From the NCBI RefSeq assembly GCF_000734895.2, contig NZ_CP011382.1, positions 5,980,491 to 6,020,490 on the forward strand: DNA of 40,000 bases. Reading direction: 5' to 3'. Both the position numbers and the translations under genes were made by a program. The notes beneath the pieces are model-generated. The model was not told the DNA's origin. It saw nothing but the letters and a program-made list of their open reading frames with translations, and ran no database searches. The stretch comes from Calothrix sp. 336/3. Lineage in GTDB: Bacteria; Cyanobacteriota; Cyanobacteriia; Cyanobacteriales; Nostocaceae. This document shows, piece after piece, positions 9,964 to 21,169 of this stretch (position 1 is its first letter; every line of letters begins with the position of its first letter).

Positions 9964-9982
9964 CCTTTTCCTTAGGTGTTAG

Positions 9983-11049
<1,067 letters not shown>

Positions 11050-11092
11050 TCTCACTAGTTGTTGTTTCATTGGTTGGTAATTGAGTAATTAG

Positions 11093-11974
11093 TTATACTG
11101 CTTCGACTACAATGCTGGGGCTGATGCGATCGCGTAGTCGGGCTTCGATGGCTATCTTGAGGGTGGCAAAGCTGCTAGAACAGGAGCCACAAGCGCCTTG
11201 GAGTTTGACTTTGATGATGTCACCATCTACGTCATACAGTTCGACATCTCCCCCGTCGGCAATGAGTACGGGGCGAACTTCTTCATCCAGGACTTTTTGA
11301 ATGAGTGCAATTTTTTGCACAGGAGTCAGTGCTTTTACGGCTAACTGACCAGGGTTATTGTTAGAAGCTTGGGAGGTAGTGACTTCTCTTTGGATGGAAA
11401 CAATGATGTCGTCAATTGTCGCCAGACAAGAACCGCAGCCACCACCAGCTTTGATATAGTTAATGACATCTTCGGCTCTGGTGAGGTTATTTTCCTTGAC
11501 CACACGGCGAATTCTTGATTCGCTAATACCGAAGCAGGTACAGACTAAAGCACCTTCGTCGTCTTCTTCGTGGACATCAAGGGGGATGCCGCGATAGTTA
11601 TAGATGGCGGCTTCTAGGGCTTCTTGACCCATAACAGAGCAGTGAATTTTGGCTTCGGGGAGTCCTCCCAAATATGCCGCAATCTCTTTATTCGTTACCT
11701 CTAGAGCTTCATCTAGGGTTTTGCCTTTTACCAGTTCTACTAATGCTTCTGATGAGGCGATCGCACTGGTACAACCAAAGGTTTGAAAGCGAGCATCAAC
11801 GATTTTATCTGTGTCTACATCAACCTTGAGGTGTAATCTGAGGGCATCTCCGCAGGCAATACTACCGACTTCACCTGTAGTAATCTTGACTCCTGACTCT
11901 CCCTTGTCTTCCAGAACGCCTTGGTTTTTGGGATTGTAGAAGAGTTCCAATACTTTATCTGTATATTCCCACAT
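11093..11974 (-). CDS. nifU: Fe-S cluster assembly scaffold NifU (IscU-like N-domain, central 2Fe-2S, Nfu C-domain)
   Basis: 293 aa. MWEYTDKVLELFYNPKNQG, GSIACGDALRLHL, and the C-terminal GACGSCSSS motif. Confidence 0.95.
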   Translation of the reverse strand: MWEYTDKVLELFYNPKNQGVLEDKGESGVKITTGEVGSIACGDALRLHLKVDVDTDKIVDARFQTFGCTSAIASSEALVELVKGKTLDEALEVTNKEIAAYLGGLPEAKIHCSVMGQEALEAAIYNYRGIPLDVHEEDDEGALVCTCFGISESRIRRVVKENNLTRAEDVINYIKAGGGCGSCLATIDDIIVSIQREVTTSQASNNNPGQLAVKALTPVQKIALIQKVLDEEVRPVLIADGGDVELYDVDGDIIKVKLQGACGSCSSSFATLKIAIEARLRDRISPSIVVEAV

Positions 11975-12013
11975 GATAGATTTAGGGTTTGAGATTGGGG
12001 GTTTGGGAATGGG

Positions 12014-12042
12014 TAATGGGAGAATGGGTAATGGGTCTTTCT
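12014..12042. repeat. STRR-like heptamer tract (AATGGGT/AATGGGA) in the nifS-nifU spacer
   Basis: Read directly: aatgggt aatggga gaatgggt aatgggt. The reverse-complement unit (ATTACCC) recurs at 17613-17633. Confidence 0.8.
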
Positions 12043-12051
12043 CCTCAAACT

Positions 12052-13260
12052 TTAGCGATGGGTGAGTACCTGTTCGTGCTGTTGTAACCAGGCAGCTTGA
12101 TCGTTCTTGAAGGGGGAGAGGTCACGCAGGTGTTGAATAATCCCTGGTAGAACCTCAATTACTTTGTCGATTTCGGCTTCAGTGGTGTAGCGACAAAGAC
12201 TGAAGCGGATGGAACCATGTAAGGTGGTGTAGGGTAAACCCATTGCCCGCAGGACGTGGGAAGGTTCCAGGGAACCGGAACTGCAAGCAGAGCCGGAAGA
12301 TGCACAAATTTGGTGTTGATTCAGGTGTAGGAGAATGGCTTCTCCTTCGATATATTTAAAACCGATGTTAGTTGTGTTCGGTAATCTCTGAGTAATATCA
12401 CCGTTAACTTCGCAGTCGGAAATTAAGGAAAGGATAGTTTTTTCTAGGCGATCGCGCTGTTTAATTTCTCTGGCTGTTGCTTCTTCCATATGCAACAATT
12501 CCAGTTCTGCGGCTTTCCCTAGGGCGACCAGTCCAGGAACGTTTTCTGTTCCAGCACGTCGTCCGCGTTGCTGTCCACCACCGATTATCAGGGGACGGAA
12601 TCTTACACCTCGGCGGATGTACAATGCACCTATACCTTTGGGAGCGTGAATCTTATGACCTGACATGACCAGCATATCAATAGTGCTGTTCTTCATGTTC
12701 AGGGGCAGCTTACCAACGGCTTGCACTGCATCTACATGAAATATAGCACCTTTTGCCTTAACTCTAGCACCAATTTCTTCGATGGGGAATACTGTGCCTG
12801 TTTCGTTATTTGCATACATAATGCTGACTAAGGCAGTATTACCAGTCAAGGCAGCATCTAACTCATCTAAATCCAGTTGTCCATGCTGATTCACGGAAAG
12901 ATAGGTGACACTGTAACCTTGGGTTTCCAGTTGTTTACACAGGGTTAAGACAGCAGGGTGTTCTACCTGGGTGGTGATGATATGACGTTTTTCCGGTTGA
13001 GCTAATAGGGCAGCGCGGATAGCTGCATTATCGCCTTCTGTACCACCGCTTGTAAAGACTATTTCTGTTTCATCAGCACCAAGGAGGGCAGCAACTTGCT
13101 CTCTAGCAATTTTAACTGCTTTAGCGACCTGCCCACCGAACGTGTGCATACTTGAAGGATTACCATAATAGTCCGTAATGTATGGCATCATTGCCTCTAC
13201 AACTGCTGGATCTACTTTTGTGGTGGCATTATTGTCGAGGTAAATACAGTTTCTTTGCAT
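12052..13260 (-). CDS. nifS: cysteine desulfurase NifS
   Basis: 402 aa class-I aminotransferase-V fold. IYLDNNATT, SGHKIHAPKGIGALY (PLP lysine) and SSGSACSSG (active-site Cys loop). Confidence 0.95.
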   Translation of the reverse strand: MQRNCIYLDNNATTKVDPAVVEAMMPYITDYYGNPSSMHTFGGQVAKAVKIAREQVAALLGADETEIVFTSGGTEGDNAAIRAALLAQPEKRHIITTQVEHPAVLTLCKQLETQGYSVTYLSVNQHGQLDLDELDAALTGNTALVSIMYANNETGTVFPIEEIGARVKAKGAIFHVDAVQAVGKLPLNMKNSTIDMLVMSGHKIHAPKGIGALYIRRGVRFRPLIIGGGQQRGRRAGTENVPGLVALGKAAELELLHMEEATAREIKQRDRLEKTILSLISDCEVNGDITQRLPNTTNIGFKYIEGEAILLHLNQHQICASSGSACSSGSLEPSHVLRAMGLPYTTLHGSIRFSLCRYTTEAEIDKVIEVLPGIIQHLRDLSPFKNDQAAWLQQHEQVLTHR

Positions 13261-13347
13261 TGCTTTCAGTTCTCTTTCAGAATAAGCAAGGGTGTCATCA
13301 GTTAACTAATCAGCGTTAACCGTTAATCGTTAACTGATAACTAACAA

Positions 13348-13695
13348 CTAAAAAGTTGCTTGGTGCTGCTGACGTTTTTGTAGTTGTTCGGAGAATTTAT
13401 GCGAATAAACGCTAAACCATTTCTCCCAATAATCTTGTTTTTTAGTTAATTTTTTGACTAAGCGTTCATAGGTAGAAAACCAAGATTCCCAGTAATCAGT
13501 GGAAATTTGCACACATCCATCACAGGTTGGGCAACCAGCAATACATTGGGGAACTGTATGAATACTGCCAATACAGTTTGTACACAGTTCTGGATCAATC
13601 CAGGGACTACCATTAACTTTTTTGATTGCGTCCGTGGGACAGACGGAATCACACAGGTTGCAAGTAATGCACTGACCGGTAATCTTGTAAGCCAT
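13348..13695 (-). CDS. fdxN: 2[4Fe-4S] bacterial-type ferredoxin FdxN (uninterrupted)
   Basis: 115 aa. Cys clusters CITCNLCDSVCP and CTNC...CIAGCP. Sits between nifB and nifS as in Anabaena. Confidence 0.85.
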   Translation of the reverse strand: MAYKITGQCITCNLCDSVCPTDAIKKVNGSPWIDPELCTNCIGSIHTVPQCIAGCPTCDGCVQISTDYWESWFSTYERLVKKLTKKQDYWEKWFSVYSHKFSEQLQKRQQHQATF

Positions 13696-13822
13696 GACTT
13701 TACTCCTTCAGGAGAGTGAGTGAGGTTGGGGTGCTGGGTAATCGGTCATGGGTAATGAATCTGGTAATCGTAATTGGGAATTGGGAATATGAAACCTTCC
13801 CTTTTCCCATTGCCTTTTCCCT

Positions 13823-15259
13823 TTATTTCACGTATTGAGCGTGAAACTCTAAAGCAACCTTCTCAATCACGTCATAAGCTTCTACAGGTTGGATACCAGC
13901 AGCTTGCAATTTACCCTTGGGTTCCTCGCCCACTTTGGCAACAAGTACGGCTTTGCAATCCGCGATCGCCTGGATGATATGTTCTAAGGTCGCTTTTTCG
14001 CCGTAGCCACCTTGGCAATACAAGTCTACGCGCCGATGACCAACATACTTCACTTCTTTGCCATCAACTTCGTATACTTGGAATTCCTTGGCATGACCAA
14101 AGTGTTGATTTACTAAACCGCCACCTTTGGTTGCTACTGCTACTAGAATCTTTTGACTGTGAGACTGACTATGATTTGTCTCAACTGTTTGTTTGGCTAG
14201 TTGCAGTTCCTCTCTGAACTTCTCGATACCTGCGTGAACTTCTTGGCGTTTCTCTAAATCATATACGGCAGGGCTATCGGCTATCTTTGCCTTGGTGAAT
14301 TCTTGGCTACGGTCTTCACCTAACAGACCGACGGCATCGGCACGACATTGGCGACAGTGCCGCATCATTTTCATCTTACCAGAACATTTATCTTGCAGTT
14401 CTTTTAATTCACTCGGTGTTGGTCCCCGTTGTCCGGTTAAACCAAAGTGAGTGCCATGTTCTGGTGCAGAAATCAAAGGCATAATATTGTGCAGAAATGC
14501 ACCATACTGCTGAATCATCTTGTTAACTTCTGGCAAATGCTGGTCATTTACACCAGGAATCATTACAGAGTTAACTTTACAAAGAATATCAGCTTCTTTC
14601 AGTGCCTGCAAGCCTTCCATCTGCTTTTCGTGCAGAATTCTAACGCCTTCAATTCCTCTATAACGTTTGCGTTTGTAGTGAACCCAAGGATAAATCATGG
14701 CACCGATTTCTGGGTCCACCATATTAATGGTGATGGTAACGTGGTCTATATTTAGTTGTTTAATCTTGTCTATATATTCTGGCAGCATCAAACCGTTGGT
14801 TGATAAGCACAACTTAATATCAGGTGCGCTGTCTGCGATCAACTCAAAAGTGCGGAAGGTTTTTTCGGGATTCGCTAGAGGATCCCCAGGACCTGCAATA
14901 CCCACAACGGATAACTGGGGTATCTTGCTGGCAATCACTAGCACTTTATGGGCTGCTTCTTCTGGTGTCAGCACTTCGCTAACTACCCCAGGGCGACTTT
15001 CGTTCGCGCAGTCATACTTGCGATTGCAATAGTTGCATTGAATGTTACAAGCAGGGGCTACAGCGACGTGCATCCGTGCATAGTGATGATGAGCTTCTTC
15101 ACTGTAGCAAGGGTGGGTAGCAATCCGTTCTTTCAGCTTCTCATCCATTTCCACGGTGGCGCTGCTGCTGCACCCGCAGCCACCAGATTTCGCTTTCGCT
15201 GAAGCAGAAGAAGGTTCCGTAACGAGAGGGGAAACGAGGCCTGTTGACTGTGGAGACAT
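13823..15259 (-). CDS. nifB: radical-SAM FeMo-cofactor biosynthesis protein NifB with C-terminal NifX-like domain
   Basis: [36 protein letters not shown] is the radical SAM CxxxCxxC motif. The track start 15271 is a TTG; I prefer ATG 15257-15259 (MSPQSTG). Confidence 0.95.
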   Translation of the reverse strand: MSPQSTGLVSPLVTEPSSASAKAKSGGCGCSSSATVEMDEKLKERIATHPCYSEEAHHHYARMHVAVAPACNIQCNYCNRKYDCANESRPGVVSEVLTPEEAAHKVLVIASKIPQLSVVGIAGPGDPLANPEKTFRTFELIADSAPDIKLCLSTNGLMLPEYIDKIKQLNIDHVTITINMVDPEIGAMIYPWVHYKRKRYRGIEGVRILHEKQMEGLQALKEADILCKVNSVMIPGVNDQHLPEVNKMIQQYGAFLHNIMPLISAPEHGTHFGLTGQRGPTPSELKELQDKCSGKMKMMRHCRQCRADAVGLLGEDRSQEFTKAKIADSPAVYDLEKRQEVHAGIEKFREELQLAKQTVETNHSQSHSQKILVAVATKGGGLVNQHFGHAKEFQVYEVDGKEVKYVGHRRVDLYCQGGYGEKATLEHIIQAIADCKAVLVAKVGEEPKGKLQAAGIQPVEAYDVIEKVALEFHAQYVK

Positions 15260-15487
15260 TGAATTTCGCAAAAGTCGGGTACGTGAGCTGCCACTGTGGG
15301 AGAATCAAAACTATTGAGGATGAAAAATTTCAATTTTTGCCCGCCTCAAGTAGTATTAGTACCAAATACCTGAAATTATCAACACTCAAAGTGCAAGATT
15401 AGAAATCAACATTTTTAACCTTGAATTTTGAATTTTGAAAGTATTTATACTCTTTGGTGATAATTATCCCAAATTATATAAAGAATC

Positions 15488-15587
15488 GAAGTCGCGTCTG
15501 ATAGGTTAGGCTATAAAACCCAAATGTCTCGGCTGGTGTGTGTCAACGCACAAGATGTGGGTGCTTTGTGCCGACAGGCGCGACTTC
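15488..15587. promoter_or_regulatory. 13 bp inverted repeat enclosing a 74 nt GC-richer segment upstream of nifB
   Basis: gaagtcgcgtctg (15488-15500) against caggcgcgacttc (15575-15587) matches at 12/13 complementary positions. The function (leader structure versus protein-binding site) is unknown. Confidence 0.3.
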
Positions 15588-16812
15588 TGTTCACAGGGGC
15601 ATGGTGCTATCTCATCCCTCCACTCACTCATCGCTCCTTTTGTTATTGGCGCGTCAAGTGATTGGCGATATATGTTTTATATCAGTCGCTTCCCAGGTGC
15701 AGTCGATAAATCCCTGGATAATATTTATTAGGTTTATTAAGTTTGTACTCAAAATCTGCAATCCCGACAATGCAAGGATTAAGAAATCTGGAATTTTTTT
15801 TTCGGGACGAGGTGCTAGTATTTCCGGGCAGGGGGACTGGCATTTACAGAGTAGGGTACAAGTTTTATTGTACTCATCCACAACGTAGTCAGAGTCAGGG
15901 TTTGAGGCAAGTTTTAAGTTTCGTTTAGCAGTTTTAATTTTTGATGCTCCTGTTTGCAAATCTAGTTAATGGTGGCGGCTAACCTAGCTTTGTGGCGTAC
16001 CCGTGCAGCAATGACAGAGTGGGGTGTTTTCAACAAGGGCGAAATGAACAAAATCACGAAATGCCTGTGAACTCTATTTAACTATCTTTGTCTGGGATAA
16101 CGATTCTATCTTAGGTGGGAAAAATTTAGCTGATTTTGTAGAGAACTGTGATGTTTGGAAATCTGGAGTAGTTTACGGAGGGCTACCCCAGAAACGTGCG
16201 AAATTCAATTCTGTATCTAACATATCACTTTTTTTTTGCTAAAAAATGCAATTTATATTTTTTTAATTTTTCAGGTGTTGGTCAGAAAGTGGCGATGAAA
16301 CAAGCTTTCAGATAAATTAGTCATTCCAGGAAAATGAGAATAACTCTTAATAAGATTCTAGCTCCTGTTTGCGGTGAACAGCAACAACCAAGAAAGGAAA
16401 GGGTTTTGATGGTAACTGTCAAACTCCTTAGTTATGCTCCATTCCTAATATATATAGTGATTGCAGATACAGATTTTTACTTTTCTCTACAAAAACATTG
16501 CGATTGAGTACCTATTAAGTTATGCAAAAATATTTTTTCAGAATTAGCTCAAAGGATTACTCTGTCTAGGTTGAGCTTGAGTACATCAATACTGATTCCT
16601 AACCCTAAAAATTCTTGTACCCTGACATCAAAAAGTCTCATACCCCTAACCCCAAAATGATTTGTAATGGGGTTGACATCTAGATTTACAGCATTGAGTA
16701 GAGCCTTAATCAATTCAATAAATACAATCATGGCTAATTGTATTATGTCGTTACAATTCATCTGGTATAAGCAGAAAAATAGCACACGGCTTTTTTAAAT
16801 GAGACAGTACCG

Positions 16813-17583
16813 ATGCAACAGACTTTAGATAGTAACCGAAATGCGAATACTGCAAAAATGCCGGATTGTGCGGATTCTTATCAAGAGGAAATAGGGCATC
16901 AGTCAGGGCATCACACAGCACACACAATTGGTTCAAAAACTGTTTTTTTTGAACATTTATTGAGTGATTTTCGCATTATCTTTGAACGCGATCCAGCTGC
17001 ACGTCATTGGTTAGAAGTACTTGTTTGTTATCCCGGATTTCATGCACTCTGCTTACATCGTTTTGCCCATTTGTTGTACCGTCGGGGTGTAAGTTTTCTC
17101 CCACGTTTGATGTCACATATTGCGCGTTTTTTAACTGGGATTGAAATTCACCCTGGTGCATCTATTGGTAAAGGTATGTTTATCGATCATGGCATGGGTG
17201 TCGTGATTGGAGAAACAGCAATTATTGGTGATTATTGCTTAATTTATCAGGGTGTCACCCTTGGTGGGACTGGTAAAGAGAGTGGTAAACGTCACCCTAC
17301 CCTTGGGGATAATGTTGTTGTTGGTTCGGGTGCAAAAGTCTTGGGAAATATTCAGGTTGGGAATCATGTACGTATTGGTGCAGGTTCGGTAGTTTTAAGG
17401 GATGTTCCTGCTGATTGTACTGTTGTTGGGATTCCTGGAAGAAATATTTCTCGTAAACAGAAGGATATACGAATTTCTCCTTTGGAACATGGGAAGTTAC
17501 CCGATGTGGAAGCGACTATGATTCGTTCCTTGCTCTTACGAATTGAACAATTAGAGCGACAGGTAGAAAATTTACAAAAGTAG
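16813..17583 (+). CDS. cysE: serine O-acetyltransferase (nif-linked CysE, NifP)
   Basis: 256 aa with hexapeptide-repeat LbH signature ([41 protein letters not shown]...[19 protein letters not shown]). The N-terminal start is uncertain; an alternative Met is at codon 16. Confidence 0.85.
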   Translation: MQQTLDSNRNANTAKMPDCADSYQEEIGHQSGHHTAHTIGSKTVFFEHLLSDFRIIFERDPAARHWLEVLVCYPGFHALCLHRFAHLLYRRGVSFLPRLMSHIARFLTGIEIHPGASIGKGMFIDHGMGVVIGETAIIGDYCLIYQGVTLGGTGKESGKRHPTLGDNVVVGSGAKVLGNIQVGNHVRIGAGSVVLRDVPADCTVVGIPGRNISRKQKDIRISPLEHGKLPDVEATMIRSLLLRIEQLERQVENLQK

Positions 17584-17612
17584 TGTTGTTGTTAAATTTT
17601 ATCTGCTTTTCT

Positions 17613-17633
17613 ATTACCCATTACCCATTACCT
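17613..17633. repeat. STRR-like heptamer tract (ATTACCC x3)
   Basis: Read directly: attaccc attaccc attacct. Confidence 0.75.
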
Positions 17634-17640
17634 AACTCTT

Positions 17641-17898
17641 ATGTTTCAACCTTGTAGTTTTGATGCTGCAAGCGGTTATCTAGTTGAGGTTCCTGTTGGC
17701 GATCGCTGGCTAGTTTTTCACCGTTTGCAAGAGTTAATGATTCCCTGTGCTTGTCTATCTGATGGTTCTCTGGCAGTACAAATAGATGATTGTCTGACGG
17801 CAATTCTTGTTTATAGTATCGTCAAACGATTTACTGCTAGTCGTCAAGACTTGGTTGACTATTTAGAAAGCTGTTGGTTTCCTGACTTGGGATTCTAG
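17641..17898 (+). CDS. small conserved cyanobacterial protein (Asr1405-like)
   Basis: 85 aa. It sits downstream of nifP and upstream of nifV, as the asr1405 position in Anabaena PCC 7120. The family assignment is from memory. Confidence 0.5.
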   Translation: MFQPCSFDAASGYLVEVPVGDRWLVFHRLQELMIPCACLSDGSLAVQIDDCLTAILVYSIVKRFTASRQDLVDYLESCWFPDLGF

Positions 17899-18406
17899 AA
17901 AAATGCTATGAGGAGAGAAATAGGCTTTATCATGAGAGCTTATCTGTAGAATCAATGTGAAGAGCAAGTGAGCGGGTTTTGTCATCGATTCACTATCTAT
18001 TAGCTTATTCTCTACCTATAGCTTGTTATCCTAGACAATTTTTCTAAAGATTTAATGGTATGACAACAACACAGGATGAAGGCTGAGAATATGATTATTT
18101 TGTCAGAAAACCAGCCCCATCATCCATCGAATCTGCAACATTTATTTAAGTTATGGATTGCCTATAATTTTATCTTTGATACTGATAAATTGTGAGGAAT
18201 ATTTCTCTTTGCAATCATCAGATATGCAAGAATGGTAATTTATCTAATTGCTGACGATAATTAGGATTTTTCTGTTTATAATTTAACAGATTTTCAGAGT
18301 ATTTTCAGCCATGTAATTCTTAAATCATTCTGATATTTTCTATGGGCAAAAAGTTAACGTTTCATGAATGTTGTATTGCTGACTAGGTGAAGAGGTCTAA
18401 TCTGAT

Positions 18407-18607
18407 ATGGTGGTCAAACGTCACAGTGATATTAAGTTTATAGATTTTTTGCAGAATGAGCTAGAACTGTCGAGTGGAGATATTGCTGTGGCACTACGCC
18501 AACGGAAGTCGGATGCAGCCCCTCTACCGATGTTATTATGGCAGTATGGGCTGGTAAATATTGAACAGCTAGAGAAGATTTTTGACTGGTTAGATCAGGA
18601 AAGTTAG
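18407..18607 (+). CDS. DUF2949-like small protein
   Basis: 66 aa. LPMLLWQYGLVNIEQLEKIFDWL resembles the DUF2949 signature as I remember it. Confidence 0.55.
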   Translation: MVVKRHSDIKFIDFLQNELELSSGDIAVALRQRKSDAAPLPMLLWQYGLVNIEQLEKIFDWLDQES

Positions 18608-19378
18608 TATTGCCAGAAGAACAGGTTGGTATCTGTTCGCTGCCCAAAGATATAAGAGTTTTCATTGTAACTGCGTTCTCAGTGCTTAGAGGTTTGATGG
18701 AGGGTGTTTTCTGTTCATAGATGAGTATTTTTAACTTTCCTGAATATTTATACCTGCGTGAGTTGGAGAAATGATTAATTACTTAGAGCTAAATATGAGG
18801 ATATTCTAATGTTTTCAACATTAATTGCGGGATTTGGGCTATTAATTTTCTCAGCGATAAGTAACAGTTATATCTGTTTACTGATGATGGATGATGTCAC
18901 AAAAATTCATGAGGAGAATAATCCTTAAATTATACTGATTGCTGGTTTGATGCCATACAGAATTCAGGTGACTAATTGAGTAAGAATGATTGGGTGAATA
19001 AGCTAATGATGAGAAGAAGTTATAGATATGTTGCCATCAGTTTAACCTGGGTGAGAGATGGGGTAACAAGTATACTGTGATTTCTGATCAGATGAAATTA
19101 GACTTATTGGCAAATCAATTTTAGTGGATGGGAGACAAGATACAAGCCAGAAAGTGAGAAATGATAGAAGATAGGGAGCAAAATTTACTGATGATGTCAC
19201 CTATTTAACCCATGATCACTGACTTGTTTCTTTCCTTCACTGCTGTCAGAAGTCGATGAATTTCCTTCCTTGTGTAACGACAACAAGCCCTGTAATCTCA
19301 TAATTTCTGTGATTACCCGAAAGGAGGACATCTACCGCGAAATGGTGTGAAATGAGCTGCCATAGAGGTATTTTTGCA

Positions 19379-20512
19379 ATGACTCAAATCTTGATTAATG
19401 ATACAACTCTGCGTGATGGAGAACAAGCTGCGGGTGTTGCTTTTAACCTAGAAGAAAAAGTAGCGATCGCCAGATTTTTAGATGCCATTGGTGTCCAGGA
19501 AATCGAAGTTGGTATCCCAGCTATGGGTGATGAAGAAACAAGGGCGATCGCGGTAATTGCTGATTTAGGTTTACAAGCAAAACTGCTAGGCTGGAATCGT
19601 GCTGTAATTTCTGACATCCAAGCATCCATAGCAGCCGGTCTCAAGCGTGTACATATCTCTATCCCGGTTTCTGGGATTCAAATTGCAGCCAAGTTTCATG
19701 GTCAGTGGCGAGTGACTCTACAACAACTCAGAGACAGCATCAGCTTTGCTGTAGATCAAGGTCTGTGGGTGGCTGTTGGTGGGGAGGATTCTTCCCGTGC
19801 TGAGGACAGCTTTCTGTTAGATGTTGCTCATTACGCCCAAGAATGGGGTGCGTCACGATTCCGTTTTTGTGACACTGTGGGGATTCTTGACCCCTTCACG
19901 ACCTATAAAAGGGTAAAACGTCTAGTCACCTGGCTATCTGTTCCCGTAGAGATACATACTCACAATGATTTAGGATTAGCGACTGCAAATGCTTTAGCAG
20001 GGATAAAAGCTGGTGCTGCATCTGTGAATACGACGGTGAATGGTTTGGGTGAAAGGGCTGGAAATGCTGCTCTAGAAGAGGTGGTGATGGCTCTGAAGCG
20101 TCTCTATGATGTGGATTTAGGTATCGATACACCTCGATTGTTGGACTTATCTCGACTGGTTGCCGCCGCATCTAATAGTAGTGTTCCACCTTGGAAGGCG
20201 ATCGTTGGTGAAAATACCTTTACCCACGAGTCGGGAATTCATGCCCATGGTGTAATGCAAAACCCTAATACTTACGAACCTTTTGCCCCAGAAGAGGTGG
20301 GTCGAGAGCGGCGTTTAGTAGTAGGTAAGCATTCGGGTCGCCATTTGCTGACAAGCATCCTTCAACAATATGGTATTAATCCTAACTCGGAGGAAGCCCA
20401 ATCAATTTTAGAAGCAGTACGCCAACAATCCATACAGAAAAAACGTAGTTTGACGACACAAGAATTGTTGCATTTAGTTGAAGAGGGAAAATATGTCCAC
20501 GCTCTCCGATGA
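19379..20512 (+). CDS. nifV: homocitrate synthase NifV
   Basis: [11 protein letters not shown] and [12 protein letters not shown] are DRE-TIM aldolase/homocitrate synthase motifs. I prefer ATG 19379 ([16 protein letters not shown]) over the track start 19352. Confidence 0.9.
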   Translation: MTQILINDTTLRDGEQAAGVAFNLEEKVAIARFLDAIGVQEIEVGIPAMGDEETRAIAVIADLGLQAKLLGWNRAVISDIQASIAAGLKRVHISIPVSGIQIAAKFHGQWRVTLQQLRDSISFAVDQGLWVAVGGEDSSRAEDSFLLDVAHYAQEWGASRFRFCDTVGILDPFTTYKRVKRLVTWLSVPVEIHTHNDLGLATANALAGIKAGAASVNTTVNGLGERAGNAALEEVVMALKRLYDVDLGIDTPRLLDLSRLVAAASNSSVPPWKAIVGENTFTHESGIHAHGVMQNPNTYEPFAPEEVGRERRLVVGKHSGRHLLTSILQQYGINPNSEEAQSILEAVRQQSIQKKRSLTTQELLHLVEEGKYVHALR

Positions 20513-20774
20513 AATGGAGCTCAACGATCCACCAGATTTTAATATCGGTGACAAAGTACGTCTACGTAAATTAATTAAAAATGATGGTACTTTTCCCGGA
20601 CAGGAAATAGGGAAAGTATTGGCGAATAAGGGGGATATCGGTTACGTCATCAGTATTGGTACGTTTTTGCAGCGTTCCTATATTTATGCAGTACATTTCA
20701 TCCATACAGGGTTCATTGTTGGTTGCAAGAAGAAAGAATTGGAATTAATTGAAGCAGGAGACGGAGAATTATGA
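20493..20774 (+). CDS. nifZ: NifZ
   Basis: [21 protein letters not shown]...[10 protein letters not shown]...YAVHF is typical NifZ. The track start 20478 is a TTG. ATG 20493 is preceded by AGAGGG at a 5 nt spacing and overlaps the nifV 3' end by 20 nt. Confidence 0.85.
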   Translation: MSTLSDEMELNDPPDFNIGDKVRLRKLIKNDGTFPGQEIGKVLANKGDIGYVISIGTFLQRSYIYAVHFIHTGFIVGCKKKELELIEAGDGEL

Positions 20775-20974
20775 AAGTGATGCTGAGGCAAAATAATGCA
20801 GGTCATTTGGTCGTTTATGTTGCCAAAAAAGATTTGGAAGAGGAAGTAGTTAAGGAAACCGATAGTGAGCAAGGAACTATTTTGACTCTTGCTAACGGTT
20901 GGGAATTAGCTTTTACTTCTCTACCTGATCCTTCCCAATTGCCCCTGACAGTGGAAGCGAAAAGACTGTCATAA
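20771..20974 (+). CDS. nifT: NifT/FixU
   Basis: 67 aa. [24 protein letters not shown] is typical NifT. ATGA overlap with the nifZ stop. Confidence 0.8.
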   Translation: MKVMLRQNNAGHLVVYVAKKDLEEEVVKETDSEQGTILTLANGWELAFTSLPDPSQLPLTVEAKRLS

Positions 20975-21077
20975 ATTGGCATCAACTATTTAGGAGGATG
21001 AAGAATGAAGTTTATGAGTGATTATATACTTCATACTTTGTTCTTTTTGTAAGTACCATTTCTGTTAATTAATTTAA

Positions 21078-21111
21078 GAGTATTTCTCTAAATACTCCTA
21101 AATCATTTTTT
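21078..21111 (+). terminator. candidate nifVZT terminator hairpin
   Basis: gagtattt-ctct-aaatactc forms a perfect 8 bp stem (21078-21097). A T-run follows at 21106-21111. The stem is AT-rich and the T-run is offset by 8 nt. Confidence 0.3.
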
Positions 21112-21169
21112 CTCTGCGTATCTGAGTGAGGTTAATCAAGACAATACTATTTATCCAAAATCCACAACA

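Noticed and set aside
15350-15362. GTAGTATTAGTAC, an NtcA-box-like palindrome in the nifB leader.
   Set aside because: The spacing is GTA-N7-TAC rather than the canonical GTA-N8-TAC, and it lies only about 90 nt from the nifB ATG with no -10 element downstream.
15538-15959. Track ORFs of 116 aa (+), 63 aa (+), 61 aa (+) and 101 aa (-) in the nifB upstream spacer.
   Set aside because: They overlap each other on both strands. They have no Shine-Dalgarno, and their compositions are odd (Cys/Ser/Ile-rich) with no recognisable motif.
18091-18195. A 34-codon ORF (MIILSENQPHHPSNLQHLFKLWIAYNFIFDTDKL) between the Asr1405-like and DUF2949-like genes.
   Set aside because: There is no adequate SD and nothing recognisable. 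It cannot be distinguished from a chance ORF in AT-rich spacer.
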